Positions 42,881 to 60,193 of a DNA stretch of 64,000 nucleotides are shown one piece after another. Below the pieces are notes generated by a model. It did no database searches. It was not told where the DNA came from and saw only the letters and a program-made list of their open reading frames with translations. Origin of the DNA: the human T2T-CHM13v2.0 reference genome, Homo sapiens. Location of the stretch: the NCBI RefSeq assembly GCF_009914755.1, contig NC_060925.1. One strand, written 5' to 3'. Positions within the stretch are counted from its first letter, which is position 1. Each line of letters begins with the position of its first letter. Position numbers and translations under genes: made by a program.

Positions 42881-45800
42881 AGGAGCTGGAGGCTGCATCT
42901 GGGGAGGAGGGAGCTACTGGGAAAGCAGGAGCTGTTGGAGGAGAAACAGCCAAGGGGAGAGAGAAGCTGACTAGAAAAACTAGATCAGACCAAGGATGAA
43001 CTAGTTAGGGCTGAGAGAAGCAGGAAGCTATCAAGAACAAATTGGAAAAATGAGGAAATGAATGAACAGCTCCAGGAGCTGACCAGGGGGCTTCACACCC
43101 AGTGGAGACCAGAGAGAGAATTCTGGAAATGGAAGAACAGGGAGCACAAGTTAGGTTGCGGCCTGTGAATGGCCGAGCTTGGGCTGGAGACCCTGTACTA
43201 CATCTTCCAGAGAGGCAGCTCTTCCAGAGCTGGGGGCTCCCAACCTGGGTATAAGGATGCCTGGGGCAGGCACGTTAGAGAAGGGATCACTGGGCTGGGA
43301 AAACAGGGATCCAGGCCCTGCCCTTGACCAGCTCTGAGACTTTAGTCCAATCTATGTTCTTCCCTTGGGAGGGTGAAGGGTGGTCTGTTTTCTTATCCTA
43401 TAGCTGAAGAAGTTGAACTAGAAGATTCCTCACGGTCCCCTAATACAAACAGTGTAGGATTTGGTTAGTCCTCTGTTCTGGGCCTGCTGTGATACCAGCT
43501 GGCTGGAAGTGGAGTCTCCTGTATTCACCTGGCTGCTCAGAGCCTCCCTTCTTTGTATTCTCCTTGTACATTCTTCAGGCTTCTCTTACAACACCTTGTG
43601 GCACTTACCCATTTATAAACCTGTCATTCCCATTCCCAACCCTACCCATAGACTATGAGCTTTTAAGACTAAGGATTTTGCCTTGCAGATTCACTTTTTC
43701 TCTCTGCTACCCAGCTCAGCAAACATTTGCTGAGTGAAAGAATGAATTGATATAACAATTCCATGAATAAATGATACAACAATTTATATACTTTGAGAAT
43801 AATTATTTGATTGGGACAAGAGTAATTGAAGTGCAAATAGATGGTTAAATATATCAGCGTCTATACTAAAAATGGTCTATAGTCAACAGGTGGTATCAAA
43901 TTTTGTTCCTTCACTTTACCTACATATTTATCTCTACACCCTAGAGAAAAATAATTTTCATAATAAATTCCCTCTGGTCTCTCTCTGGCAAGTGAGGTCT
44001 CCACCACCATCCCTATCCCTCCCTCTCCTAGGCCCCATGGAGAATGAGTCAAATTCTGATCTCACTGGTCTGATTTCAGGCTATTGATTGACCCTCTCTT
44101 CTGCCTCCTGTCTCAGGAACAATAACTGAGCCCACCCACTCAAGCTTGAAGACCAACTGCAGAGAGGTCCTCCTTGGGCTTAAGCTCAAGATGCATACTC
44201 TAACTGACTTTACTCAAAGCAGCTGAAGTATCAAGCCCTAGCTCGACCAATAACAGAGTGCTTCATGGTTTCCCATTTGCCATGTATGTATATAGCCATC
44301 TCAGGCACATTAAGGGACAATTTGTGGCTAAGTTAAGGCAAGATTTGACTATTTCTAGATCCACCTGGCCTTTAACAGAGAAATCCCCATTCCTTTAGAT
44401 GCTTGAGGGAAAAACACTCTGAGTCGGAGTATGCTAGTCTTGTGTAGGGTTGGAGAGGTGAACCGAGGAAATAAGAATGTCTCAAAAGCTGTTTAGTTGC
44501 AAGGAACAGAAAATCACTCCAACTAACTTAAGAAAAGAGGCATTTATTTAAAGATACAAGAAAATTCAGAGAAAAAAAATTGTATCATGAGGAAAGCAGA
44601 AGATAGATGGCACAGAGATAAGAAGTTAGTGAAAGAAAGTTTATGAAGTAGAGATAACAACTGAGGATGGCTCTTTAAGAAATTCAGCAATAAAACAGAG
44701 ATGTGCGTCAGTAACCCAAGAGAGTATTGCAGAAGACAATGTTCTCAGAATGTAAATTGAGGGATAGGAGTTAGAGAAGGGGCAATAGGGAAAAGAAAGA
44801 TGACATAATTGATACACAGTAGATGCTCAATAAATACTTGCAAATCAATTGAAACCACCTGGGCTGAGGAGAAATGAAGTTAAATGTCTCAAGGGACACT
44901 GAGCATATCTTTATCTCTGTCCTACAAGGTAGGCAACTACTTTCTGATTTCTCAAGCGCTGCAGTATGAGACTCAGCCATCACCCTCTGAGGAAATTGAC
45001 AGCTTTCTCAGGCCACAGCCAGGGGAACAGGCATATTGTTGAAGTCTCAAAGCCACCATGAGTTTCTCATGCCAGCTGCCTGTGATTCCTACATATTGTG
45101 AGACCAAACAGATTTGAAGAGAGCAAAAAGTAGTCAGGAATAGCCAAGATCACATTTATAAATTGGCATTATGAATTATTACTTGCCAAATACAGTCCCA
45201 ACAGAGGCTGGCCTTTCTCTTAAACAGGATTCTTGCTTTTGGGTCAGGACTACAGGAGGTCTGGAGAAGGGGCTAGTAGTTCAATCTAATTATACTAGCC
45301 ATTGTATAAGAATTAAAGAGGTAAACTGAGTAAATGAGATGTCTTAGAGATATTTTGGTTGCAAGGAACAGATGTTCACTCAAGCTAATTTGAATAAAAT
45401 AGAATTTATTTAAAAAAAATCAGAGAGATCTCCTAAAGCAAAATTGTCAGAAAAAATTATAATGAGCCTTAGAAGAAATGGGGAGTTGACATGCTGCTCT
45501 TCCCTCTCTTCCTCCTTCTATCTTCTTTCCTCCTCAAACCGCATGTCTTTCACATCTTCCATGTTATCTTCATGATAATATTTCTCTGTCCCTAGACCAG
45601 TTTCTGTACTCATGATGCCACTTTTACACAGTCTGTCATGAATGCCCTGAAATGGTGATCTCAGCCCCTAGTTAATGGAATCTTGCAGGAATGCTCCCAC
45701 AAATTAATGACTCAATCTCTGCACTCTCATTCTAAATTCCCTACAAGAGCCATCTATTGGCTCAGCTAGGACCAGCTGTCTACACTATGTAATCAGATAT

Positions 45801-47063
45801 TACTGATGTAAAGACACATGGTAATTAAAGCCATCCATTTCAGGCTGTGAATGGGAAGGTTTTCTAAGAATGAGGTGGCATGAGGAAGAAATGACTGACA
45901 CACTTAGTTCAGAGGATCTGGCTGAATACCACACTGGGCTGAACCTGATTTGCCAAGCACTGTGGGAAAAGCTGACTCTGTTGTCTTACCTTCCTTTAGG
46001 GAAACTCTGTTCAGATTGGGAGCAAAGGGAGGGAAATGCCTAAGGATCTGCCTAGTAGATTACAACACCTCCCTATTGCTTTATGCCATGCTTCCATTTC
46101 CATACCTTATCCTGCCCAAGACGTGAACTAGCCAACACACTGTGACTGGATGGGAACCATTAAGAACTTGTCACTGTATTTGAAGAAGCATAACTCCCTT
46201 GGGAAAAGCTGGTGGCCTCAGCTTTTCTTTCTCTGTGTTGGACCAAGGCAAACTCATTCTCTCCCTTTCAGATATAGCTCTAATGCCATCTCCTTTGCAC
46301 TGCTTTCTGCACTCCCCCAGGGAGAGCTGTCACAACTCTGTGCTTCCATTGATCTCTTTTCACATCTTCATTAACCTATTAATACATGATCAACATCTGT
46401 CATAAATCTGCCTTTTCCAGACTGTGAATCCCAGGGGAAGCATCTGGATACTTATTCCAGTACCATCAGCCCACAGCATGACACATGTTGAGTGTTTGAT
46501 TAGTTTAGTGAGTAAATAAACTAGCAGTGGCCACTCCGGATCCATCTAACAGTCTGGCTTGATGCTCCCAGAGACTTGTTGAGGTGTGGTTTGGGGTGGT
46601 CCCCAATGACTAAGGACATGCCCAAATATCCTGAAGTTGGGAAGATGAGAAGGGGGAGATGTTTGGGTAGAACAAGAATAGGCTAACTGTCTTTATGTGT
46701 CTGAAGGCCTTTCATGTGGAATTAAAATAAAACTTCCAATGAATGACAAGGGAAAAAAAAAGGATCAAAGGCAAAAACTCTAGGGAAATAGATTCCAGTT
46801 CAACATGAGGGTATTCTAAGAGGCAGTAATATCTAAAGATGGATTAGGCTAGCTACAGAGGTGGTAAGCAACTTGTCACAGGGATGCTGAATAACAACAC
46901 AATTCTGAAATGGCTCATTGGACAAGATATTTGATTTAGCTTTATTTAAAATTACACAATTAATCTATGTTTATTGTTTAAAAATTTTTAACGGTGAGTG
47001 AAAACAAATGCTCTTAATTTCACAACTCAGAGATAATCAGTGCTAAAATGTTGATGTAGGGTA

Positions 47064-47406
47064 CAGTCATCCCTCAATATCCATGGGAAGTTGGTTGCAG
47101 AACACCCGAGGATGTTCTGCAAAATTCACGGATGCTCAAGTCCCTTATATCAAATGGTGTAGTATTTGCATATAACCTGTGCACATCCTCCTATAAAATT
47201 TAAATCATTTCTGGATTACCTATAATACTTCATATAATATAACTGCTATGTAAATAGTTGTTATACTGTATTGTTTAAGAACAATTATGACAAAAAAATC
47301 TGTACCTGTTCAATACAGATATAGCCATCCTTTTTTCTGAATATTTTCAATCTACTATTGGTTGAATTCACAGATGCAGAACCCACAGATATGGAGAGCT
47401 AACTGT
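47064..47406. mobile_element. MER2 (TcMar-Tigger)
   Basis: TA-cagtcatccctc...gagagctaactg-TA ends; 'ggatgctcaagtcccttatat'. Confidence 0.85.
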
Positions 47407-47511
47407 ATATCTTTATAGTCCTTTTCCTTTGTATTTAAACACTTAAAATCTATATTTGTTTACAAATATAAAATATATTACTTGTAATTTATTGTATTAG
47501 TAAAACTTTGA

Positions 47512-47885
<374 letters not shown>

Positions 47886-48392
47886 TTCTTGGAGCTATTT
47901 ATTCACCAGAGGTAGAGTAGTAAATACTCATTTGTATTTATGTATTAATTACTGATGACCCCTTGTGATATAGCCAGGCACAGTGAAAGCAGTACTTATT
48001 GAGTTACAGGTTAAGAGATCTGGATTCTAGTCTCAAGTAAGGTACTTATTGGCTGTACGACTTGTCTCAGTCTTAGTTTACCCAGCTGTAAAATGTAGAG
48101 TCTGGATGAGGTAATCCAAAAGCTTCTTTTGGGGGTTAATTACTTCACTAGTAAATGAGCACAATACTCTGAAAGTCACTTAGGGGGCTACAGATTGGTA
48201 AAATGTTTTCTAGAAGTTTACAGTTTCATTGAGAACTTACATACATGAAATTGTTGAGTAAAAATTTAAGATCATCGTTGATGGAAGTGCCAAAAATCAT
48301 AGTAGGAGTAAGCTATACTGTAGTGAGCCTATTTCACCACTAGCACTGATGATTTCAAGTTCATATTACTAGAAACCACTTCTATAGAGGGT

Positions 48393-48812
48393 ACTGTGTG
48401 TACTGCCTACATTTCACCTTTGGGAGTGCAAAACTTAATACCCCAACTGCCAGGATTGTGGACTGTAGATAATTTACAGCTAAATCCCTCTCCAGAATTT
48501 TCTTTTGGCCAAAGACAGCTTCCTCGCTTATGGTTATGCCACCTTCGTAAGGGCAGCCCACACTCAATGATCAGTCAGTGTGGGGCTTAGCCCTCTTGTC
48601 TGAATTTTAGACAACTCTGAAAGGCCACTTCAGCTTCAGAGGTCCCCATAGGATCGGCTAGTAGCTCTCTTCTCAGTGCACTGCAGTTCAGATTTTTCAC
48701 TCTGCCCAATGCTGCTCCTGTCAGTTGTTGTTCTTGAGTGTGTACCCCAATAAACCTCCTGCATGAAAATCTACATCCAAAGATGTGTTTCCAGGGAACC
48801 TGACCTATGAAA
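48393..48812 (+). mobile_element. ERVL solo LTR (LTR33-like)
   Basis: Ends 'cccaataaacctcctgcatg...tttccagggaacctgacctatgaaa'. Confidence 0.6.
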
Positions 48813-48834
48813 ACCACCTCTTATTTATCCTAAA

Positions 48835-51800
48835 ATTTAAAAAATCAAACTACAGATCCACAGATCCAAGAAGCTCTATAAGTCCTGAGCAAAAGAAACA
48901 TAAAGAAAACCACACCAAAGAATATCAAAAATCATCACATTGTTGGAAACCAGTAATAGAGATAAAATCTTAAAATAAACCAAAGGAGGGTGGGGGTGGG
49001 AGGAGATATGTTACATACAGAGGAACAAAACTTAGAATTACAACAGATTTCCCATCTGAAACAGTGTAAGTCAGAAGATAGTGGAGTCACATCTTTAAAC
49101 AACTGAAAGGAAAAATCCTGTCAGTATAGAGTTCTGTACAGAGTTAAAATGTCTTTTAACAAAAGAAGGCAAAATAAAGCGTTTTTAAGGTATACAAAAA
49201 CTGAGATATTTTATCACCAGAGGAGTAGCACTGTAAGAAATGTTCAGATTTCTTACAGGAAGGAAAACAATGCAAGATGCAAATTAGGATCTACACAATG
49301 GAATGGAGTGCACCAAAAACGGCAAATATGAGAGTGAATATAAAAGATGTGTTTTCTTATTTCTAAATCTCTTTAAAAAATAATTGACTGTTTAAAGTAA
49401 AAATATTAACACACATTTGGGGTCTTTTTAAACATATGTAAAAGTAAAATGTGTAACAACAAAGACATAAAGGCCAGGAGGGAAAAATAAAAATGGAACC
49501 ATTTACTATTATACGGTTCTTATATAATATGTGTAATGGTTAATATTATTTGAAGGTAGACTGTGTTAAATTAAAAGTATGTACTACAAACCCTAGAACA
49601 ACCACTGAAAAACAAAAGCAAAAGCAAAGCAAATAAGTCAATAAAGAAGATAAAATGATCATAAAAGATATAAAATTAATTTTTTAAAGTCAATAAAAGT
49701 AAAACCAAAGGAGGGGGAACAAGAACACATGAGTCAAATAAAAAAGAAATATTATGGTGGCAAACTTAAACCCAACTATATTTGATCATCATATTAAATG
49801 TAAATAGTGTAAACACGTGGATTAAAAGGCAGGATTATAAGAACGTATTAAAATACATAAGGTTAAGAGAACAAAACTAACAAACCTAGAATTCTGTGTC
49901 CAGCAAATAAAAACTGAGAAAATTTTCCACCAGTAGACATGGTCTGCAAGAAAAAGTAAAAGTTCTTCAGAGAAAGGAAAAGCATATATGTCAGAAACTT
50001 GAATCTACATGAAGAAAGAGCACTAGAGAAAGAATAAATGAAGCCATAATAAAATCTTTAGTTTTCTTATTCTTATCTGATCTAATAAATAACTGGTAGC
50101 TCAAAATAAAGATGTCAACAATTCTTTAGGTTATTATACCTTATGGATAAGTAAAATGAATAACAGCAATGATATAAGGAATAGAAGGGAGAGATTAGAA
50201 ATACCTTCCAATGCCAACACTATTTGTGAAGCAGTATAGTGTTACTTGAAAGTGGACTCAGAGTAGTTGTAAATGTGTATTGCAAACACTAGGACAATTA
50301 CTAAACTAATTTTTGGAAAAGAAGTATAACTGATAAGAGAGGAGAGAAAATGAAATCATATAAAATGTTCAATTAAGATAGGAGATGGCAGCAAAAGAAA
50401 GGAAGATTAAAAAAGAGTCCAATAATAGAAAACAGTTACAAATTTGGTAGATATTTGTCCAACTATATCAATAATCACTTCAAGTGGAAATGGTTTAAGT
50501 ACAGCAACTAAAAGACAGAAACATCAGAGTAGATTTAAAAAAAAAAACACCCATCTATAAGTTGTCTATAAGAAATCTTTTGAATATAAAGATGCATATA
50601 GATTAAAAGGAAAGGAATGGAAGCAGGGCAGGGGGAGGAAAGAATTAGTGTTTAACGGGTATAGAGTTTCAAGTTTGCAAGATGAAAAAATTCTAGAGAT
50701 TAATCGCACAACAATGTAAATATGCTTAACTCTACTGAACTGTACACTTAAAACCGGTTACAATGGTAAATTTAATGTTATGTGTTTTTTGCTACAATAA
50801 AAAGGTAAAAGAATGGAGAAATCTATAACATGCTAACACTAATTAAAAGAAAGCAGGAGTAGCCATATTAATTTCAGACAAAGCAGACTTCAGAACTAGA
50901 AAAATTAGCCCTGATAAAGAAGTCAATTCATCAAGAAGACATAACAATAATAAATATTTATGTGCCTAATAACAGAGCTCTAAAATGCATGAAGCAGAAA
51001 TAAAAGTGCAGAAAGAAATTGACAAATCCACAATTATTGTCAGCGATTTCATACTGCTATCTAAATAATTGATAAACCCCATAAACAGAAAATAAAGATA
51101 TAGAAGACATGAACAACACTACCAACCAACTTGACCTGACATTTATAGAATATCCTACCCAACAGAAGAAAATACATTCCTTTCAAGTGTATACACTAAA
51201 TATTTTCCAATATTTACCGTATTCTACATCATGAAACAAGTCTCAAAAAATTTAAAAGGATTAAAATAATCCGGAGCATATTCTCTAACCACAATGGAAT
51301 TTAAGTAGATGTCAATAAAAAAATACATGAAAAAGATCCAAAAATTTGAAACTAAGAAACCTCCTTTTAAGTAACCCAACTTACTTAAGAGCCAAACAAT
51401 AAATTGCAAGGAAAATCAGAAAATATTTTGACTGAAAAAAAAGAAAACATAACATATTAAAATTTCTCCTTGAAAAAAAAGCTAAAGCAGGGCTTACAGG
51501 ATAATTTGTAGCATTAAATCTTATATCAGAAAAACAGAAAAATTTAAAATCGATGACTAAGCTTCCTCTTTAAGAAACTAGAAAAATAAAACCAAACCCA
51601 AAGTGAAAGGAAGTAAATAGTAAAGAGTGGAAATCAATGAAATAGAAAACAGAAAAATAATGGAGAAAACCAATGAAATCAAACCTCTTTCTTTAAAAAT
51701 AACAATAAAAATGATAACCTTATAGACAGGCTGATCAGGAGAGAGACAGAACAAATTACCAATATCATCCTGAATGACAGAAGGGCCATAACTATAGATC

Positions 51801-52935
51801 TTACCAACATTAAAAGGAGACCAAACAAATATAAAAATTTTATGTCAATAAATATAACTTTAGATAAGATAGAAATGGGAAAATGAAATAATATAAAATT
51901 AAAATTGGAGAAGGCAGAAGATTAATGGAAGATTTAAAAAGAGTGCAAGAATAGAAAACAGTTACAAATTTGGTGGATATTTATCCAACTATACCAATAA
52001 TCACTTTAAATGTGAATGGTTTAAACTCCTTTAAAGACACAAACTGTCAAAACCACTAAAAAAGAAATAGCTTGAATAGCCCTGTATCTATTAAAGAAAT
52101 TTGGGTTTGTAGTTTTAAATTTTCCCATAAAGGAAACTCTAGGTCTAAACAACTTTACTGAAGAAGTCTACCAAAATTAAGAAATATGTAATATTTATTC
52201 TACATAAACTCTTCCAAAAATAAAATTTGAGGGAGCACCCTGAATTCATTCTATTACTTAAGCATTATCTTGATCCCAAAACCAGGTGGTTATTCTAAGA
52301 AAACTCACCTACAAACTAATTTCCACCATGAACATAGAAGCAAAAATCCTTAACAAAATTTAAGCAAATTGAATCCAGCAATATATAAAAAAGCTAATAC
52401 ATCATGACCAAGTGGAGTTTATCTCCAGAATGCAAGATCAGTTTAACATTTAAAAAAATGTATCAAGGCGTGGTGATTAGGTTTTCACACTCATGTGTGA
52501 GATGTGCCTCCCTTGAACTTTGTTACATTGGCACTTTACCCATTTGACATGGGGGAGAAAAAGAAAATTAAAAAAAAAATCAGTGTAGTGGCCATATTAA
52601 CATTCTAAAAGGAAAATCATATGATCATCTCAATAGTTACACAAAAATCATTTGCCAAAATTCAAAACACACATTTATGATAAAAACTCTCAGTGAACTT
52701 AGAAGGGAACTTTCTCAACCTGGTAAAGGTCATGCATGGGAAACCTACAGCTAGCATAATAATAAATGATGAAAAGCTAAGTTTTTTATCCTAAGATCAG
52801 AAGCAAAGAAAAGATGTTTTCTCTCCCTACTCCTAGTCAACAGAGTACTGGACATACTAGCCACGTGCAATTCGGCTAAAGAAATAAATAGCACCCAGAC
52901 TGGAAAAGAAGAAATAGAACTATTCTAAAATTAAC
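48835..52935 (+). mobile_element. Nested old L1M fragments (ORF1 end to ORF2/RT), with an L1MB-type 3' end inserted at ~50622-50803
   Basis: Degenerate ORF2 motifs such as 'atacatcatgaccaagtggagtttatc'; no long ORF. Confidence 0.8.
52468..52580 (+). pseudogene. U13 snoRNA (SNORD13) retropseudogene, 5'-truncated, A-tailed
   Basis: 'gcgtggtgattaggttttcacactcatgtgtgagatgtgcctcccttgaactttgttac...ggcactttacccatttgac' matches U13; box C is TGGTGA and box D is TTGA (both mutated). Confidence 0.88.
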
Positions 52936-53252
52936 TTTCTCCAATTTCATTAGCCATGATACTTGGGTACAGACTTAGGTAGGATGAGGCTCAGAGACTC
53001 AACTTCTCTCTGTTCTTGGTTCTGAGCTGCCTTCCACCAGGCAAAAGGAGTCATCCATATGGCATACAAGAAGAGCCTGTGAGATGTAGTGCCACAGCCT
53101 CACAGTGATAACACTGGAGCATTTGCCTGACCTTGCCCTCTGCACACACTGCTTTCAGGAACACTTCAGAGTTGTCAATGTCTGGCACAGACAGCCAGGG
53201 ACTCAAAAACCTAGGTATCTGTCACGTCTTGCTCAATCTTTCCATTACCAGC

Positions 53253-53887
53253 ACTGTCATATGCCACATAACAACGTTTTGGTCAATGACAGACCATGTG
53301 ACATGGTCCCAATGACAGACCATGTGACATGGTCCCATAAGATTAAAATGGAGCTGAAAAAGTTCTATCTTCTAGTGACGTCATTACCATGATAATGTTG
53401 TAGCATGATTACTTTATTTTTTTTCATAAATTTGGTGTAGCCTAAGTGGATAGTGTTTATAATGTCTACAGTAGTGTAGACTGTAGTGTACAGTAGTGTA
53501 GTACTGCCCTAGGCCTTTATGTTCACACACCACTCACTCACTGACTCACCCAGAGCAACTTCCAGTCCTCAAGCTCCATTCATGGTAAGAGTCCTATACA
53601 AGTATATCATTTTTTGTCTTTTATGTCATATTTTACTGCACCTTTTCTATGTTTAGATGCACATACACTTACCACTGTGTTACAATTGCCTACAGTATTC
53701 AGTACAATGACATGCGGTAGAGGTTTGTAGTGTAGGAGCAAAAGGCTCTGCCATATAGCCTAGGTGTCTAGTAGGCTCTACCATCTAGGTTGTGCAAGTG
53801 CACTCTGTAACGTTCGCACAGTGATGAAGTTGCCTAACAATGCATTTCCCAGAAAGGATCTCCATCATTACGTGGTGCATGACTGTA
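53253..53887. mobile_element. Tigger3b/c (MER7B/C)
   Basis: 'gtcatatgccacataacaacgtttt...gtgcatgactgta'; shares its 3' half with the element at 33378. Confidence 0.82.
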
Positions 53888-54809
53888 TTGTGATTACCCC
53901 ACAGAGGCAGAATGAGCCATCCCTCCTCACCCAGAATTTGCTTCCAGATGTCAAGATTGATGATGCCATACACCCACATGCCAAGAGGGTAAAAATGTTT
54001 ATTCTTCATATAATGAGATTCTCTGGGAAAAGCAGGATAGACTTCCAAGTAGGGTCAAAAATGGTTTTTAGAGAGAGTAGCAAGGGACAACTGAGTTGGA
54101 GTTTTATGGTGATTATGGAGTGGGGCTGGGGTGAGGGCCTGGGCTTGCATGGTTTGAGCTTCCCACTGATACGAAAGCAAAAAGCACCCTGGCTCTCATA
54201 AGCCTCCCCAGATGAGAGGGTAGAAAGAGAAAAGGGATTGGTGGGGCTAGGAAGCTGTCAGCAGTCAAACACCACAAATGGAGTCAGATTCTTTATTACA
54301 CCAAAACTATCAGTAATTCCTTTAAAGAGCTGCCTCCCAACTCTTCTACCCTCAGTGTGACGAGCATCCCCCCAAGCTCTCACCCCAGAAACACCTGTCT
54401 TGGGAACAGCAGGCTATGGGGGTGGGAGTGTCACTCCCACACAAGGAACAGCCATAAGGTGACAGAACCTAATGAGCTTGCAGGGAATATTTAAATTGCT
54501 AAACAACATAGTATATTTACTACCGCATTTATCCCTAAGCATTTGCAGTAAAAATCAAACTGATGCCATTAGGTGGTCCTCCAGTGGCATGTACTTGGAA
54601 GCTCTCCTTTTTTAGCCAAAATTGATTTGAGGTTGTGTATACTTCTGTCTTTCAAACAGCAATTGAAAATCTGAATGGTGGGGAATTAAGCAGAGAAAAA
54701 GGGAGGAGCTTAAGGCAAGGGCAGGAAAGAATCTGTTCAGCTACCCCTGGGAGATGGTTATGACAGCCTCATCTGTCTCTGCTGTCCTATTACAGGGACA
54801 ATCAGCAGC

Positions 54810-55050
54810 ATAGTGTGAAAGAAAGCACCTCAGCTTTGAAGCCAACTGACAAATTTCAACTCTGGCTCAGTCACTTAATATGTGACCTTAAGAAATTTAT
54901 TTTCTCATAACCTTGTTTATATCATCTATAAATTAGGGATAGCAATACCTACAACAATAAGATTGTTATAAGGAATAGATTATAAAGTTTGTGTAAGTTT
55001 CCAATATAATGTGTGCCACATATATAATAGGTACTCAGCAAATGTTAGTG
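54810..55050 (+). mobile_element. MIR relic
   Basis: 'gcagcatagtg...tgtgacctt...aggtactcagcaaatgttag'. Confidence 0.6.
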
Positions 55051-55696
55051 TGTTTCTACCACCGTACTCATCCTTAGGACAACCACCAATAACAAAGAAT
55101 TGTGGGTTTTCAGAAACATCCACGTTTCTTATCTCTCCATTATTCTATCCATCGTGCATACATTGCTCTCCAAAATTACCAAAAAAAGATCATCTTGTCT
55201 GCACTCTAAAACCTCCAGGAACTCACCACCTCCTCAGCACATTCCATCTTCCAGACATGCTAACAGAAAGCTCTCTCTTAAACCAAACTGAAATCTGGCT
55301 TGCCATGGCACAGAATCTTCCAAAGAGCTGTTAATAGAAAAGTATTCTGGAAGATGCTAGCAGTTGAGTAGAAAATAAAGGAAGCCCTTGATTTCAATTC
55401 CTGACCATATTTCAGACCAGAAATCTTGAAAAACCACCAAAGTACAAAGAACTCAAGAAGGTAGTGTGAAATATTTTCAGGTATGTTTTTTGTTTGTTTG
55501 CTTTGTTTTGCTTTTGTTTTGTTTTGTTTTGTTTTCTTGGAGACGAGCTCTCACTCTGTTGCCTAGGCTGCCATCATAGCTCACTGTAACCAAACTCCTG
55601 GGCTCATGCTATCCTCCCACCTCAGCCTCCTGAGTAGCTGGGACTAGATGAATGCCACCATGCTCAGCTTAATTTAATGTCTTTTTTTTTTTTTTT

Positions 55697-56084
55697 GGAG
55701 CTTTTATGTATTTACTTGTATATATTCCTGGGGTACAAGTGCAATTTTGCTACATGGATATATTGCATTGTGGTGACGTCGGGGCCTTCAGGGCATCACT
55801 GGAACAACACACACTATACCCACCAAGTAACCCCCCATCCTCCACCCTGCCTCCCATCCCCTCAGCCCCCACCCTCTGAGTCTCCACTGTCCATCATTCC
55901 ACATGCTACATCCATGTATACACATTTTTTTAGCTCCCACTTATTAGTGAAAACGTGTGGTATTTGTCTTTCTTTCTTTCTTTTTTTTTTTTACTTAAAA
56001 TTGATATTTTTTTTTCATAGAGAAACTAAAATCCAACCCACTCTTTATAGGGTGATTTCCATTTTGCAGTGTCTCCAAAATTGC
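55697..56084 (-). other. Extra sequence 3' of L1 #2 (92-bp unique piece plus L1PB-like 3' end): probable 3' transduction
   Basis: Sits between the L1 tail (56085) and T15 (55682-55696), inside the split Alu; internal T12 at 55981-55992. Confidence 0.72.
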
Positions 56085-56303
56085 TTTTTATTATTATTAT
56101 TATACTTTAAGTTTCAGGGTACATGTGCACAATGTTCAGGTTAGTTACATATGTATACATGTGCCATGCTGGTGTGATACACCCATTAACTCGTCATTTA
56201 GCATTAGGTATATCTCCTAATGCTATCCCTCCCCCCTCCCCCCACCCCACAACAGTCCCCAGGGTGTGATGTTCCCCTTCCTGTGTCCATGTGTTCTCGT
56301 TGT

Positions 56304-60130
<3,827 letters not shown>

Positions 60131-60193
60131 TATGATGTTAGCTGGTTATTTTGCTAGTTAGTTGATGCAATTTCTTCCTAGCCTTGATGGTCT

